A stretch of DNA of 33,982 nucleotides from a virus (Duplodnaviria > Caudoviricetes), in the IMG/VR virus record IMGVR_UViG_3300023218_000192, positions 1-33,982 of that record. The stretch is one strand, 5' to 3'. The notes beneath the pieces are model-generated. The model did no database searches, was not told the origin of the DNA, and saw only the letters and a list, made by a program, of their open reading frames with translations. This document shows, piece after piece, positions 1 to 8,580 of the stretch; the first letter of the stretch is position 1, and each line of letters starts with the position of its first letter. Made by a program: the position numbers and the translations under genes.

Positions 1-480
1 GTCGCGCTGCCAGACTCGATGCGGGTCCTCTCGGCCACCGTCACCCGGCGGTCGCGAACCGATGACATCCTCGGCGCCGAGCATCGCGTGCCGGTCATGA
101 CGGCGCTCAAGTCGATGACGCTCTGGCCCGCGTACCAGCACTTTGAGGAGGACGCCAAGGGCTCCATCGAGCCCGGTAAGGTCGCCGACCTCGTCATCCT
201 GTCCGACAACCCGCTCACGATCCCCGAGACGGCGTTGGCGGAGCTCGAGGTGGTCGAGACCATCAAGGCCGGCGAGGTCGTCTACTCACGGCCCGACGGG
301 CAGGCCTCAGGCCCGACGCCCGCCCTGTTCGGCGTGACGCTCGCCGAGTCGCATCAGCACGACCACGACCACGCTAAGACGGACCTGCCCGTGGTCTGCG
401 GCGACGGATGCTTCAGCCCGGCGCTTGCCGCGCTCGTCCAGGCGGTCGAGCAACGCGAAGGTGCACCGGCCGGCGAGTGA
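1..480 (+). CDS. Host amidohydrolase (YtcJ/Amidohydro_3-like), 3' part only
   Basis: C-terminal signature 'TALKSMTLWPAYQHFEEDAKGSIEPGKVADLVILSDNP...ETIKAGEVVY'. The frame is open from base 1, so the gene is truncated by the window edge. Confidence 0.85.
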   Translation, partial: VALPDSMRVLSATVTRRSRTDDILGAEHRVPVMTALKSMTLWPAYQHFEEDAKGSIEPGKVADLVILSDNPLTIPETALAELEVVETIKAGEVVYSRPDGQASGPTPALFGVTLAESHQHDHDHAKTDLPVVCGDGCFSPALAALVQAVEQREGAPAGE

Positions 481-499
481 TCGCCGGTCAGCGTCCAAA

Positions 500-534
500 G
501 CGAACGCCCCTGGCGACTTGCCAGGGGCGTTTGC
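500..534. terminator. Intrinsic terminator hairpin, probably bidirectional, between the amidohydrolase and the original tRNA 3' end
   Basis: GCGAACGCCCCTGGC-gactt-GCCAGGGGCGTTTGC inverted repeat located between convergent transcription units. Confidence 0.7.
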
Positions 535-539
535 GTTGA

Positions 540-584
540 AGCGGGTGAAGGGAATCGAACCCTCATCGTCGGCTTGGGAAGCCG
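540..584 (-). pseudogene. Displaced original 3' half of tRNA-Gly(CCC), at the left att junction
   Basis: Reverse complement reads CGGC-TTCCCAA-GCCG-ACGAT-GAGGG-TTCGATT-CCCTT-CACCCGC-T: anticodon arm, T arm and acceptor 3' strand, with no 5' half. Confidence 0.85.
565..584. repeat. att core, left copy (20 bp)
   Basis: ATCGTCGGCTTGGGAAGCCG, identical to 33953-33972, spans the tRNA anticodon arm. Confidence 0.92.
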
Positions 585-639
585 AATACGGGGGTCACTG
601 ATCCCGTTGCGAGCCAACGGGATGAGCTCGATTTTCAGA

Positions 640-664
640 AGGGCCATAGTCAAAGGCGCAGTCA
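640..664 (+). promoter_or_regulatory. Putative integrase arm-type binding sites, left arm
   Basis: Tandem 12-mers AGGGCCATAGTC and AAAGGCGCAGTC. The second matches the tandem AAAGGCGCAGTC x2 at 33789-33812, on the other side of attP. Confidence 0.7.
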
Positions 665-753
665 AAACACGCCGGAAAACGACGGCAGCACGCGGGCGGA
701 CGACGGCGGACAGGCCCGATTGGCGGCCGGTGAGGTCGGGGAAGGGGGCCCGC

Positions 754-999
754 GTGCCTGAATTGACCCCTCCGGCGTTCGATCGCGAACGGTTCGCGGC
801 CGAGCTCGAAGCCTGCGCCGCGGCGATGCGGGACGAGTCTCGCGATCCCTCGTCCGTGGTGCAGGCCTGCATCGTTAATTTGCACGTCGCGGCGAACCAC
901 GCCCGTGGCGGCTGCGACGAGCGCGCGTTTGTGCAAGCTCGAGAACGCGCGAGCCGCCCGAAACCGCAGCTCACGCGCGGCGGGAAGGGGGCCACGTGA
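754..999 (+). CDS. Hypothetical phage protein (81 aa)
   Basis: GTG at 754 follows a GAAGGGGG SD-like tract. Its stop overlaps the MTase start (GTGA). The longer ORF-track version from 574 would start inside the att core. Confidence 0.6.
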   Translation: MPELTPPAFDRERFAAELEACAAAMRDESRDPSSVVQACIVNLHVAANHARGGCDERAFVQARERASRPKPQLTRGGKGAT

Positions 1000-2984
1000 A
1001 GCTTGCCGATCCCCACCTCCGCCGCGTCGACGTCCCGCCGCGGGCCGACCGCCTGCCGGACCTGTTCAGCCCGGCCATCGTCGACATCTTCGCCGGCTGC
1101 GGCGGGGCCTCCGTCGGCATCGAGCAGGCCCTCGTCGAGGTCGGGCTCGGCCGCGGCATCGACCTCATGGTGAATCACTGGGACGTCGCCGTCGGCGTCC
1201 ACGAGATGAACCACCCGCTGACGCACCACCTGCACGCCGACGTGCGTGAGGTCGACCCGCGGAGCGTCCTGCCGGGCCGGCCGATCGGCTACCTGCATGC
1301 CTCGCCGGATTGCACCCACCACTCGAAAGCCCGCGGCTCACGGCCGAAGCGGAAGGAACTGCGGGCGCTGGCGTGGGTCGTCGTGAAGTGGGCGATCCTC
1401 CGCCGGCCGACGGTCATCACGCTGGAGAACGTCGAGGAGTTCCGGTCGTGGGGCCCGCTCGGCGAGGACGGGCAGCCGTGCAAGGCGCGGAAGGGTCAGA
1501 GCTTCGACGCGTGGATCCGCCACCTAGGGCGGCTGGGCTACGCGGTCGAGCACCGAGAACTACGGGCGTGCGACTACGGCGCGCCCACGACGCGAAAGCG
1601 TCTCTTCGTCGTCGCGCGGTGCGACGGCAAACCCATCGTTTGGCCGGAGAAGACACATGGCACTGTTGACCGAGCTGTCACCGAAGCGGCAGAAGGAATG
1701 CCGGCAACGGCACAAGAAGGCGTACGCAGCTTCGCTGCGTCGTCTGCGGATGTCTCGCCAGCACGGCGAGGAGAGCGTGCAGGCACAGCGGGCGTGGCGG
1801 GACGAACAGGCAGCACACGAGTAGGCGTTCCCACGCGGCGGCTACAGCCTGACCTGAAGCCCTTCCGCATGGCGGCCGAGTGCATCGACTGGTCGATCCC
1901 GATGCTCTCGATCTTCGCCACGCCCGACGAGGCGAAGGCGTGGGCGGCAGCGGTGAACGAGGGGCGCGAGCGACACGACCGCGTCGGCGTCCCGCGACGA
2001 CCGCTCAAGGAGAAGACGCTCCGCCGCATCGCCGGCGGGCTCATGAAGTACGTCGTCAACGCCTCGCGGCCGTTCATCGTCGACATCGAGAACTACGGCT
2101 GGAGCGGTCGCGGGCACCGTTCAGTCGATGAACCCCTGAACACGATCACGAGCGGTCCGCGGGGCGGAAAGCACGCTGCCATCGACGTCGCGGTCGCCCC
2201 CTACGGCGTCCCGCGTTACGGCGAGCGTGACGGCCAAGACCCGCGGTGCCTGAGCTTCGACCGCCCGCTGCCGACGATCACCGGCACGGCCAACGGCGCG
2301 TCGCTCGTCGCGGCGTTCGTCACGAAGCACAACGGCGGGACCGTCATCGGCAGCTCTCTCGAGGAGCCGATGCACACGCTCGTCGCCGGGCTCAACAAGG
2401 GCCTGACGTGCGCCTGGCTCACCAAGCACTACGGCAATCCCGGCTACGCCGAGCGCCCGGGCATCCCAGCCGACGTGCCGCTGAGCACCGTCACCGCGGG
2501 CGACCATCACGCGGTGACGTGCGCGTGGCTGAGCCACATGGACACCAGCAACACCTTCGCGGGTGAGGGCGACCCGCGGCGGCAGGCGAAGACGATCACG
2601 AGCGGCGGCCAGCACGCCGCCTGCGTCGCCGCCTTCGTCCAGACCTACTACGGCAACGGCGGCGTCACGCCCCCGAGCGACCCCGCCCCGACCGTCGTCG
2701 GCCGCGACCGCTTCGGCCTCGTCACCGTCGTCGTCGACGGCGTCACCTACGCGGGCGTCGACATCGCCATGCGGATGCTCACGCCGCGGGAGCTGGCGAG
2801 GTGCCAGGGCTTCGAGGACGACTACGTCATCGACCGCCTGCCCGACGGCACGCGACTGAGCAAGGCCGATCAGGTGAAGCTCATCGGCAACAGTGTGCCG
2901 CCGGCGTTCATGCGGGCTCTCGCCCGCGAGAACGTCGTCAAGCCCGGCGTGCTCCTTGACCGGAAGGCGGTGCTCGCGGCGTGA
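996..2984 (+). CDS. Phage C5-cytosine DNA methyltransferase
   Basis: Motif I DIFAGCGG, motif IV SPDC, motif VI ENV, motif VIII RKRLF, motif X GNSV, and a long repetitive target-recognition region. Confidence 0.93.
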   Translation: MKLADPHLRRVDVPPRADRLPDLFSPAIVDIFAGCGGASVGIEQALVEVGLGRGIDLMVNHWDVAVGVHEMNHPLTHHLHADVREVDPRSVLPGRPIGYLHASPDCTHHSKARGSRPKRKELRALAWVVVKWAILRRPTVITLENVEEFRSWGPLGEDGQPCKARKGQSFDAWIRHLGRLGYAVEHRELRACDYGAPTTRKRLFVVARCDGKPIVWPEKTHGTVDRAVTEAAEGMPATAQEGVRSFAASSADVSPARRGERAGTAGVAGRTGSTRVGVPTRRLQPDLKPFRMAAECIDWSIPMLSIFATPDEAKAWAAAVNEGRERHDRVGVPRRPLKEKTLRRIAGGLMKYVVNASRPFIVDIENYGWSGRGHRSVDEPLNTITSGPRGGKHAAIDVAVAPYGVPRYGERDGQDPRCLSFDRPLPTITGTANGASLVAAFVTKHNGGTVIGSSLEEPMHTLVAGLNKGLTCAWLTKHYGNPGYAERPGIPADVPLSTVTAGDHHAVTCAWLSHMDTSNTFAGEGDPRRQAKTITSGGQHAACVAAFVQTYYGNGGVTPPSDPAPTVVGRDRFGLVTVVVDGVTYAGVDIAMRMLTPRELARCQGFEDDYVIDRLPDGTRLSKADQVKLIGNSVPPAFMRALARENVVKPGVLLDRKAVLAA

Positions 2985-3949
2985 GGAAGCACGGTCCCGG
3001 CTGCGTCGCCGACCGCGTGGTCCGATCAGGGGCCGCGCGGTCCCTCGCTGCGCCGTCGCTGCGACTGCTGCTCGTTTACCTCAGCGTCTGCAACGCCGAC
3101 GACGGCGAGACCACCGCCTCGAGCGCGACGATCGCCGAGCTCTCGGGGCTGACCGCCCGCAGCTCGCGGCACCGCGCCCACGCCGAGCTGCTCGCACACG
3201 GGCTCGTCGAGGTCGCTGAGCAGGGCGGCGGCCGCGGTCGCGAGACGAGGTACCGCCTCGTCGTCACCGGCAAAGCGCCCCAAGCTCAGGACGGATCGGC
3301 CGCCACGCCCGCAGAAAGCGCCCCAGATCAGGAACGGAACGCCTCAAAGCGCCCCGCCGGCGGGGCAGATTCGGCGGAAAAGCGCCCCACCGCTGGAACC
3401 AAAGCGCCCCACGGCTGGGGCGCTTCCGACTTAAAGGAAGACCGAGCCAGTACCGAGCCAGAACCAGAACCCCCCTCACCCCCCGCGGCGTCGCCGGCGG
3501 CGGACCCGTCGACGTGGCCGAGGCTCGGCGAGGCGTGCGAGGGCGCCCTCGGCGACGACGGCCCTCGGGTCGGCGAGTCGGAGCACGACGGGCTGCGCGT
3601 CGTCGCCGGGCCGGATCCTCCGGACGGGCACGTGGTCCAGGTCTGCGAGGCGGCCGGTTGGCTGCCGTTCGAGGCCTCGGCCGCGTTGCGGAACGACGCC
3701 CGCCGCCTGCTGCGTGCGGCGGAGCTGGACTACGCGATCGACCTCGCCCGCCAGTTCGGGCGAGCCCCCGGCGGGGAGGGCAAGCGACGCCCCCTCGCCT
3801 ACGCCGCGGCGGTCGCCGAGCAGCAGGCCCAGAACGCCCCGGATTCCCCATCACCCAAGCCCCGAGACCATGCACGACACCGCCCACGCACCGCCGCCGA
3901 GCGCGGCGAATTCGCGGAACCCGACCGCCGCGCACGCCGCATCGCGTGA
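2981..3949 (+). CDS. Replication initiator (N-terminal winged HTH, lambda O/DnaD-like layout)
   Basis: HTH-like 'SSATIAELSGLTARS...ELLAHGLVEV...GGGRGRETRYRL', internal iterons, and position directly upstream of a DnaC-like gene. Confidence 0.75.
   Translation: MRKHGPGCVADRVVRSGAARSLAAPSLRLLLVYLSVCNADDGETTASSATIAELSGLTARSSRHRAHAELLAHGLVEVAEQGGGRGRETRYRLVVTGKAPQAQDGSAATPAESAPDQERNASKRPAGGADSAEKRPTAGTKAPHGWGASDLKEDRASTEPEPEPPSPPAASPAADPSTWPRLGEACEGALGDDGPRVGESEHDGLRVVAGPDPPDGHVVQVCEAAGWLPFEASAALRNDARRLLRAAELDYAIDLARQFGRAPGGEGKRRPLAYAAAVAEQQAQNAPDSPSPKPRDHARHRPRTAAERGEFAEPDRRARRIA
3272..3425. repeat. Iteron array, putative replication origin
   Basis: AAAGCGCCCC at 3272, 3315, 3346, 3379 and 3401, plus an inverted GGGGCGCTT at 3417-3425, all inside the initiator gene. 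Confidence 0.75.
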
Positions 3950-4658
3950 CCGCTACGCCATCACCCGCCTCGCCGACGCGGTGGGCGGGCCCGCGATGAG
4001 CCCCGGCCGCGCCGCCCGGACGCCCCCCAGCTCCGAGCAGCTCAAGGCCAGCCAACACGCCGCCGAGATGCACGAGCGGCGGGAGCTGGTTGCGGCGTCC
4101 GGCGTGCCGGCCCGGTACAGGGAGGCGAGGCTGACGTCGCGGCCGCCGTCCCGAAACGACGCCACTGCGTGGGGCCGCGTCGCGCGTGCCCTTGGGCGGC
4201 TCATCGAGCGCCCGGGCGTCGTGGCGCTCGTCGGGCTTCGCGGGGCGGGGAAGACCTGGCTGGGCTGCGGCCTCGTGAACGAGGCCTGCCGCCGGGGCGT
4301 GCCGGCGCGCTACGCGTCGATGCCGTCGCTGCTCGTGGACGTCAAGGCCTCCTGGGGCAGCGGGGCGGGCGGCGAGCGGTCGACGCTCGAGGCGCTCATC
4401 CGCCCGCGCGTCCTCGTCCTCGACGAGGTCTCGCAGCGCGCCGGCGGCGACTGGGACGATCGGCTCCTCACGTCCATCGTCGACCGCCGGTATGCCGAGC
4501 AGCTGTCGACGGTCCTGATCAGCAACACCGCCGAGGAGAAGCTCCGCGAGACGCTGGGCGACTCGATCTACGACCGCCTCGAGGACGACGCCGGCGGCGT
4601 CATCGCGTGCAGCTGGTCGTCGCTGCGCGGGATGAGCGCCACAGACGCGACGGCGTGA
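3870..4658 (+). CDS. DnaC/IstB-like AAA+ helicase loader (start uncertain: 3870 or 3996)
   Basis: GVPARY, Walker A GLRGAGKT, Walker B VLVLDEV, 'IVDRRY', 'LISN', 'IYDRL'. Confidence 0.88.
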   Translation: MHDTAHAPPPSAANSRNPTAAHAASRDRYAITRLADAVGGPAMSPGRAARTPPSSEQLKASQHAAEMHERRELVAASGVPARYREARLTSRPPSRNDATAWGRVARALGRLIERPGVVALVGLRGAGKTWLGCGLVNEACRRGVPARYASMPSLLVDVKASWGSGAGGERSTLEALIRPRVLVLDEVSQRAGGDWDDRLLTSIVDRRYAEQLSTVLISNTAEEKLRETLGDSIYDRLEDDAGGVIACSWSSLRGMSATDATA

Positions 4659-4730
4659 CCCCTGAACCCCCGACAATTAACATCTACCGTACGCGATCCG
4701 GCGGTGCGGGTTCCTAACTACGGCAGGACC

Positions 4731-5015
4731 ATGACGTCGCAGCTCGATCCGAACGTCGCCACCGCCGGCACCCTTCGAGCCTCGGAGGATCCCGCGACCG
4801 CCGCGGAAGCCGACGAGCTGGAGGCGTGCGTCGCGGCGAGCCCGCTGCTCACGCGGCTCGCGGGCGTCCTCGACGAGGAGTCGAGCTGGCTGCAGGATGG
4901 CCGGCTCAACCGACGGAAGATCCGCGAGCGGATGGGTTTGGCCGACATGGCTTCCGTCGACGTGCTCCTCGCCTCCGCGGCAATCGACCTGCACAAGCAC
5001 CGGCCGAGGCGCTGA
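4731..5015 (+). CDS. Small hypothetical protein with possible HTH (candidate sigma partner or co-activator)
   Basis: ATG at 4731, HTH-like 'LNRRKIRERMGLADMASVDVLL', and a variant late box CTAACTA at 4714. Confidence 0.55.
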   Translation: MTSQLDPNVATAGTLRASEDPATAAEADELEACVAASPLLTRLAGVLDEESSWLQDGRLNRRKIRERMGLADMASVDVLLASAAIDLHKHRPRR

Positions 5016-5023
5016 ACCCGACC

Positions 5024-5407
5024 ATGTATTTCGACCGCGACCGCTTCGCCGAGCTGCTGCGCGACCGCGAGCGGAACGCGGAGGAGATCGGCCGCATCCT
5101 CCTGCTCGTGTGCGAGGGGAAGGCCGCCCGGTCGTGGATCGGCGACGAGGAGAGCCGCCGCGACGCCGTGCAAGCGGCCGTGCTCAAGCTCTGGGAGCTT
5201 CTGCCCCGCGTCCAGCCCGACCGCGGTGCGTTCGGCTACCTGACGACGGCCGCGTACCACGAGATGCTCAAGGAGTCTCTGCGTCAGCAGAAGCAGCTGC
5301 CCCGGCACGTGGCGCGCGGCCAGGTGGCCAACCGGGAGAACGTCATGCCGGCCATGCCCACAGCCAGCCGGCGGAAACCCCTCCCGGCGTCCAAGCGGGC
5401 TACCTAG
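5024..5407 (+). CDS. Sigma-70 region-2-only protein (T4 gp55-like late sigma candidate), 127 aa
   Basis: 'RRDAVQAAVLKLWELLPRVQPDRGAFGYLTTAAYHEMLKESLRQQKQ' fits the sigma region 2.2-2.4 pattern (DxxQ..L+LW....PxRG.F..Y). There is no region-4 HTH. It sits between the replication and late genes. Confidence 0.72.
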   Translation: MYFDRDRFAELLRDRERNAEEIGRILLLVCEGKAARSWIGDEESRRDAVQAAVLKLWELLPRVQPDRGAFGYLTTAAYHEMLKESLRQQKQLPRHVARGQVANRENVMPAMPTASRRKPLPASKRAT

Positions 5408-5412
5408 CGGCG
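5400..5412 (+). promoter_or_regulatory. Late box copy 1, CTACCTAGCGGCG
   Basis: Exact 13-mer that contains the sigma gene stop TAG. ATG at 5414 is 7 nt after CTACCTA. Confidence 0.75.
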
Positions 5413-5413
5413 C

Positions 5414-5854
5414 ATGACCGCCGCCGGCCGAGACCCGCTCACCCCCAGCCGCGAGACGGGCGAGGGCCGCAACCTCGCCGTCACGCTCGCCGCCGCCATC
5501 GTGTCCCTCATCGGCGCGCTCGGCGGATTGCTCACCGCCGGCTTCGGCGACCGCGAGCCCGGCGTCCAGGTCGCCATCATCCTCGTCTGCGGACTGATCG
5601 TCGTCGCCGCCCTCTTCGCGGGCGCGATCGCCTACGGCGCCTTCGTCCACGGCCGCAGCAGCGTGAAGGCCTCCGCGGCGGCCGCGAACGAGGAGAAGTT
5701 CCAGGCCCGCAGTGAGCTGCTGAACGAGCGCGCGAAGCACGACGAGACCCGCCGCCGGCTCGCCGAGTCGGAGAACGCCCTCAGCCGGCTCGTTCACGAG
5801 GTCCGCGAGGCCCGCGAGCTGCCGTCCCCGAAGCCCAGCCCCTCCGCCCGATGA
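5414..5854 (+). CDS. Two-TM membrane protein with C-terminal coiled coil (holin or inner-spanin candidate)
   Basis: Two hydrophobic segments, then an E/R-rich helical tail. It is the first late gene. Confidence 0.55.
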   Translation: MTAAGRDPLTPSRETGEGRNLAVTLAAAIVSLIGALGGLLTAGFGDREPGVQVAIILVCGLIVVAALFAGAIAYGAFVHGRSSVKASAAAANEEKFQARSELLNERAKHDETRRRLAESENALSRLVHEVREARELPSPKPSPSAR

Positions 5855-6153
5855 CCTCCTGCTCCCCCCACCCCTCCCGCCCGCGCATCCTCCTCGCCGC
5901 CGCCACCGCCGCGATGCTCATCCTCGTGGGCTGCGCCGGCCCGCTCGCGTCGCTCGATCCGACGACCGCCGACGACGTGGGCGACGAGCTCGTCCAGCGT
6001 GCCGACGAGCTCGAGGCCGCGTACGTGCCGCCGCTCTCGGGCGAAGTCCCGACGTCGCCCGACATCGCCGAGGCCTTCGCTGACGACATGGCGGGGCTCC
6101 GCAAGCTCGGCGAGTCGGTCAAGTCCGCCCGCGGCGACGACTCGGCCGAGTGA
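5851..6153 (+). CDS. Lipoprotein (outer-spanin candidate)
   Basis: Signal peptide II 'RPRILLAAATAAMLILVG-C' and an ATGA overlap with the upstream membrane gene. Confidence 0.6.
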   Translation: MTSCSPHPSRPRILLAAATAAMLILVGCAGPLASLDPTTADDVGDELVQRADELEAAYVPPLSGEVPTSPDIAEAFADDMAGLRKLGESVKSARGDDSAE

Positions 6154-6557
6154 CCCGCCCGCCCATGTCAGCCTCCGACCTCCTCCGCATCGTGCGAGAC
6201 CTCCTCCGCAAGCTCTTCGGCCAGGCTCGGCCGCGACTCGGCGACTACGCCCAACGCGCGGGCGACGTGCTCCTCCGCGACCTGCGCGAGATGGAGCCCA
6301 CCGCCGAGGACGCCGCGGTCATCGCCCGGACCGTGAGGCGGGCTGCCGAGCACGAGGCCCGGTACCGGCTCGGCGACGAACACGCGGCTTGGCACCGGCG
6401 GATGCGCGACAACGCCCTCGGCAACCTTCGCACGATCGCCCTCGCGAGCCGCATCGACGTCGAGGCACACGCCGCCGATCGCGTTCGGCAGGCGATCGAC
6501 TTCCTCGAGCAGGCCGCCATCGACGGCGGCTTCCGGCTGATCGACACCCTCGTCTGA
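6150..6557 (+). CDS. Hypothetical helical protein
   Basis: GTGA overlap with the previous gene (alternative ATG at 6165) and phage-typical GC3 usage. Confidence 0.65.
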   Translation: MTRPPMSASDLLRIVRDLLRKLFGQARPRLGDYAQRAGDVLLRDLREMEPTAEDAAVIARTVRRAAEHEARYRLGDEHAAWHRRMRDNALGNLRTIALASRIDVEAHAADRVRQAIDFLEQAAIDGGFRLIDTLV

Positions 6558-6568
6558 CGCAACGACCC

Positions 6569-6991
6569 ATGACCACCGAGCCGTCCAGCCAGCCGATCAC
6601 GCGACGCGAGTCGAAGGATCAGAACAGCAAGCTCCTTGGCCGATTGAGCATCGAGAACGCCATCGTCATCGGCAGCGTGATCGTCACCATGACGACCGGC
6701 TGGGTTTCGATCGCCAACAAGGTCGAAACGCTCAGCAACCACATCGCCGACGTTCAGGCCAACCGCAAGGCCGACATGGAGGCGATGCGCGAGTACGTCG
6801 ACACGCGGAGCCCCTACGCCCTCGCGGAGTCGGCCCTGACCCAGTGGCAGCGAACGGCAACGGCGAACGACGAGCGGCACGACGCCGCGATCGACCAGCT
6901 CCGGACGATGGCCCAGGACGGCCGCGTCTGGCAGGCGCGGGTCGAGAGCAAGATCGACCGCGCCCTCAACGGCGGAGGCAAGAGCGAATGA
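6569..6991 (+). CDS. Single-TM coiled-coil protein (holin-like candidate)
   Basis: ATG at 6569, TM 'AIVIGSVIVTMTTGWVSI', C-terminal 'RVESKIDRAL'. Confidence 0.6.
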   Translation: MTTEPSSQPITRRESKDQNSKLLGRLSIENAIVIGSVIVTMTTGWVSIANKVETLSNHIADVQANRKADMEAMREYVDTRSPYALAESALTQWQRTATANDERHDAAIDQLRTMAQDGRVWQARVESKIDRALNGGGKSE

Positions 6992-8580
6992 CGCCGACCC
7001 CCGCAGCCCCGCGCCACGGCCGGCTGGCCCTGCTCGCCGTCGCCCTCGTCTGGATGGGCGTGGCGCTGTCGTGTGCTTCCGTCGCCGCGGCCCAGACGCC
7101 CCCGCCGGCCACGGTCGTCCTCGCCGACGGCACCGAGCTCGAGGTCCGCGGCCACCGCGACGCCGCCGACCCGGCCTACTTCGGATGGATCAGCTTCAAC
7201 GTCGACGGCGAACCCAAGCGGTTCCTGCACCTCTACCGCGTCAACGACGCCCCGGCTCGGGCCCCGCCAGAGCAAGCCCCCGCCCCCGACGTCCGCCATG
7301 CCCTCGCCGGCCGGGCCGTGTTCTTCGAGGTGCCCGACCTCGCCGCCGCCACCCAGCACGACGCCCACGCCTGGGACTTCGGCGACGGGTCGCCCGCCCG
7401 CCCCGGCTTCGTCGCCGCCCACGTCTACGACGAGCCCGGAAAGTATGATGTGACTTTGGACGGCCTGCCTTACGCGCAGGTCAAAGTCACAAGCCGGGCG
7501 AATGAGTCGACCCGCCAGCTCCCCGCCGGCGACGTCCGCGGGCCCGTCGTCGCCCGACCCGGCGAGATGATCCTCGGCCACCCCGACGGCACGGTTATCA
7601 CCGGGCCCAGCGACCGACCGCTCGTCGACGCCACGGCCGGCAACGTCACCGTCCGCGGCGTCACCTTCCGCAGCGACGACCTCGCCAACAAGGACGGCGT
7701 CTGCGTCCGCGCCGGCGACCACACCGCCCTCATCGACGTCACGATCGAACGCGCCCCCAACGGCGTCGTCCTCAACAACGGCCAGACCCTCGACGGGCTC
7801 TACCTCCGCAACGTCCGCCAGGTCGGCACGCACACGCTCCGCCGCTACCTCGTCGGGCTCTTCGGCACCAGCGACCGCGTCGTCCTCTACGACCTCGCCT
7901 CCGACAACAGCCGCTACGAGCACATCGTCCGCCTCGGCGGCGACCGCGACGGCGGCCGCACCCGCCTGGCCACGATCCACAACAGCGACCTCGCGAACGT
8001 CGGCCGCCACTCGGGCGGGCCGGCCGACGACCTGGGCAAAAGCTGCGTCATCGTCCAGGTCGGCGAGCTCGTCAACGTCAGCGGCAACCGCCTGGCCAGC
8101 GACGCCAACGGCGTGGGCCCGCTGGGCGAGGGCGACGGGCTCAAGGGCCGGGCACACTGGCGGACCCGCCGCGTCCGCGTCGAGGGCAACACGATCGACG
8201 GCGACTTCCTCATCGACCACGGCGCGATCGCCACCGCCTTCGTCGGCAACACCCTCACCGGCACGCTGCGCGTCGACGGGTACGTCCCCGCCTACGACCG
8301 GACGGTCGAGGATTTGGTCGTCCGCGACCTCACCGCCCACGGCCTCGTCATCGGCGGCGGCGTGCGGGACGTCGAGGTCACCGACTTCACGATCACCGGC
8401 GGCGAGGCGCTGCCGACGCTGCGGCTGCCCGAGGACCCGAGCGGCATCACGCTGCGCGGCGGCAGGGTGCGGCCCAACACCGGCTGGCAGGCCGGCAGCG
8501 TCGCCCTCGTGGGCGACCAGAACGACCCCGACCACTACAAGAAGCCCGGCGACATGCCGGGCGTGGAGGTGATGAAGTGA
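6988..8580 (+). CDS. Secreted protein with PKD domain and right-handed beta-helix (pectin-lyase-like) repeats
   Basis: Signal peptide ending AAA-Q, PKD motif 'WDFGDG...HVYDEPGKYDVTL', and beta-helix repeats (NVTVRGVTF, VNVSGNRL, VRVEGNTI, FVGNTL). Confidence 0.7.
   Translation: MTPTPAAPRHGRLALLAVALVWMGVALSCASVAAAQTPPPATVVLADGTELEVRGHRDAADPAYFGWISFNVDGEPKRFLHLYRVNDAPARAPPEQAPAPDVRHALAGRAVFFEVPDLAAATQHDAHAWDFGDGSPARPGFVAAHVYDEPGKYDVTLDGLPYAQVKVTSRANESTRQLPAGDVRGPVVARPGEMILGHPDGTVITGPSDRPLVDATAGNVTVRGVTFRSDDLANKDGVCVRAGDHTALIDVTIERAPNGVVLNNGQTLDGLYLRNVRQVGTHTLRRYLVGLFGTSDRVVLYDLASDNSRYEHIVRLGGDRDGGRTRLATIHNSDLANVGRHSGGPADDLGKSCVIVQVGELVNVSGNRLASDANGVGPLGEGDGLKGRAHWRTRRVRVEGNTIDGDFLIDHGAIATAFVGNTLTGTLRVDGYVPAYDRTVEDLVVRDLTAHGLVIGGGVRDVEVTDFTITGGEALPTLRLPEDPSGITLRGGRVRPNTGWQAGSVALVGDQNDPDHYKKPGDMPGVEVMK

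Noticed and set aside
574-753. N-terminal extension of ORF 574-999
   Set aside because: It starts inside the att core and crosses the arm sites. GTG 754 has an SD and couples to the attP-form Int stop.
996-2984. MTase as part of a restriction-modification system
   Set aside because: No adjacent endonuclease. Orphan C5 MTases of this long type are common in phage replication modules.
3870-4658. IS21 IstB transposition helper
   Set aside because: No IstA transposase or terminal inverted repeats. The context next to an initiator with iterons indicates a helicase loader.
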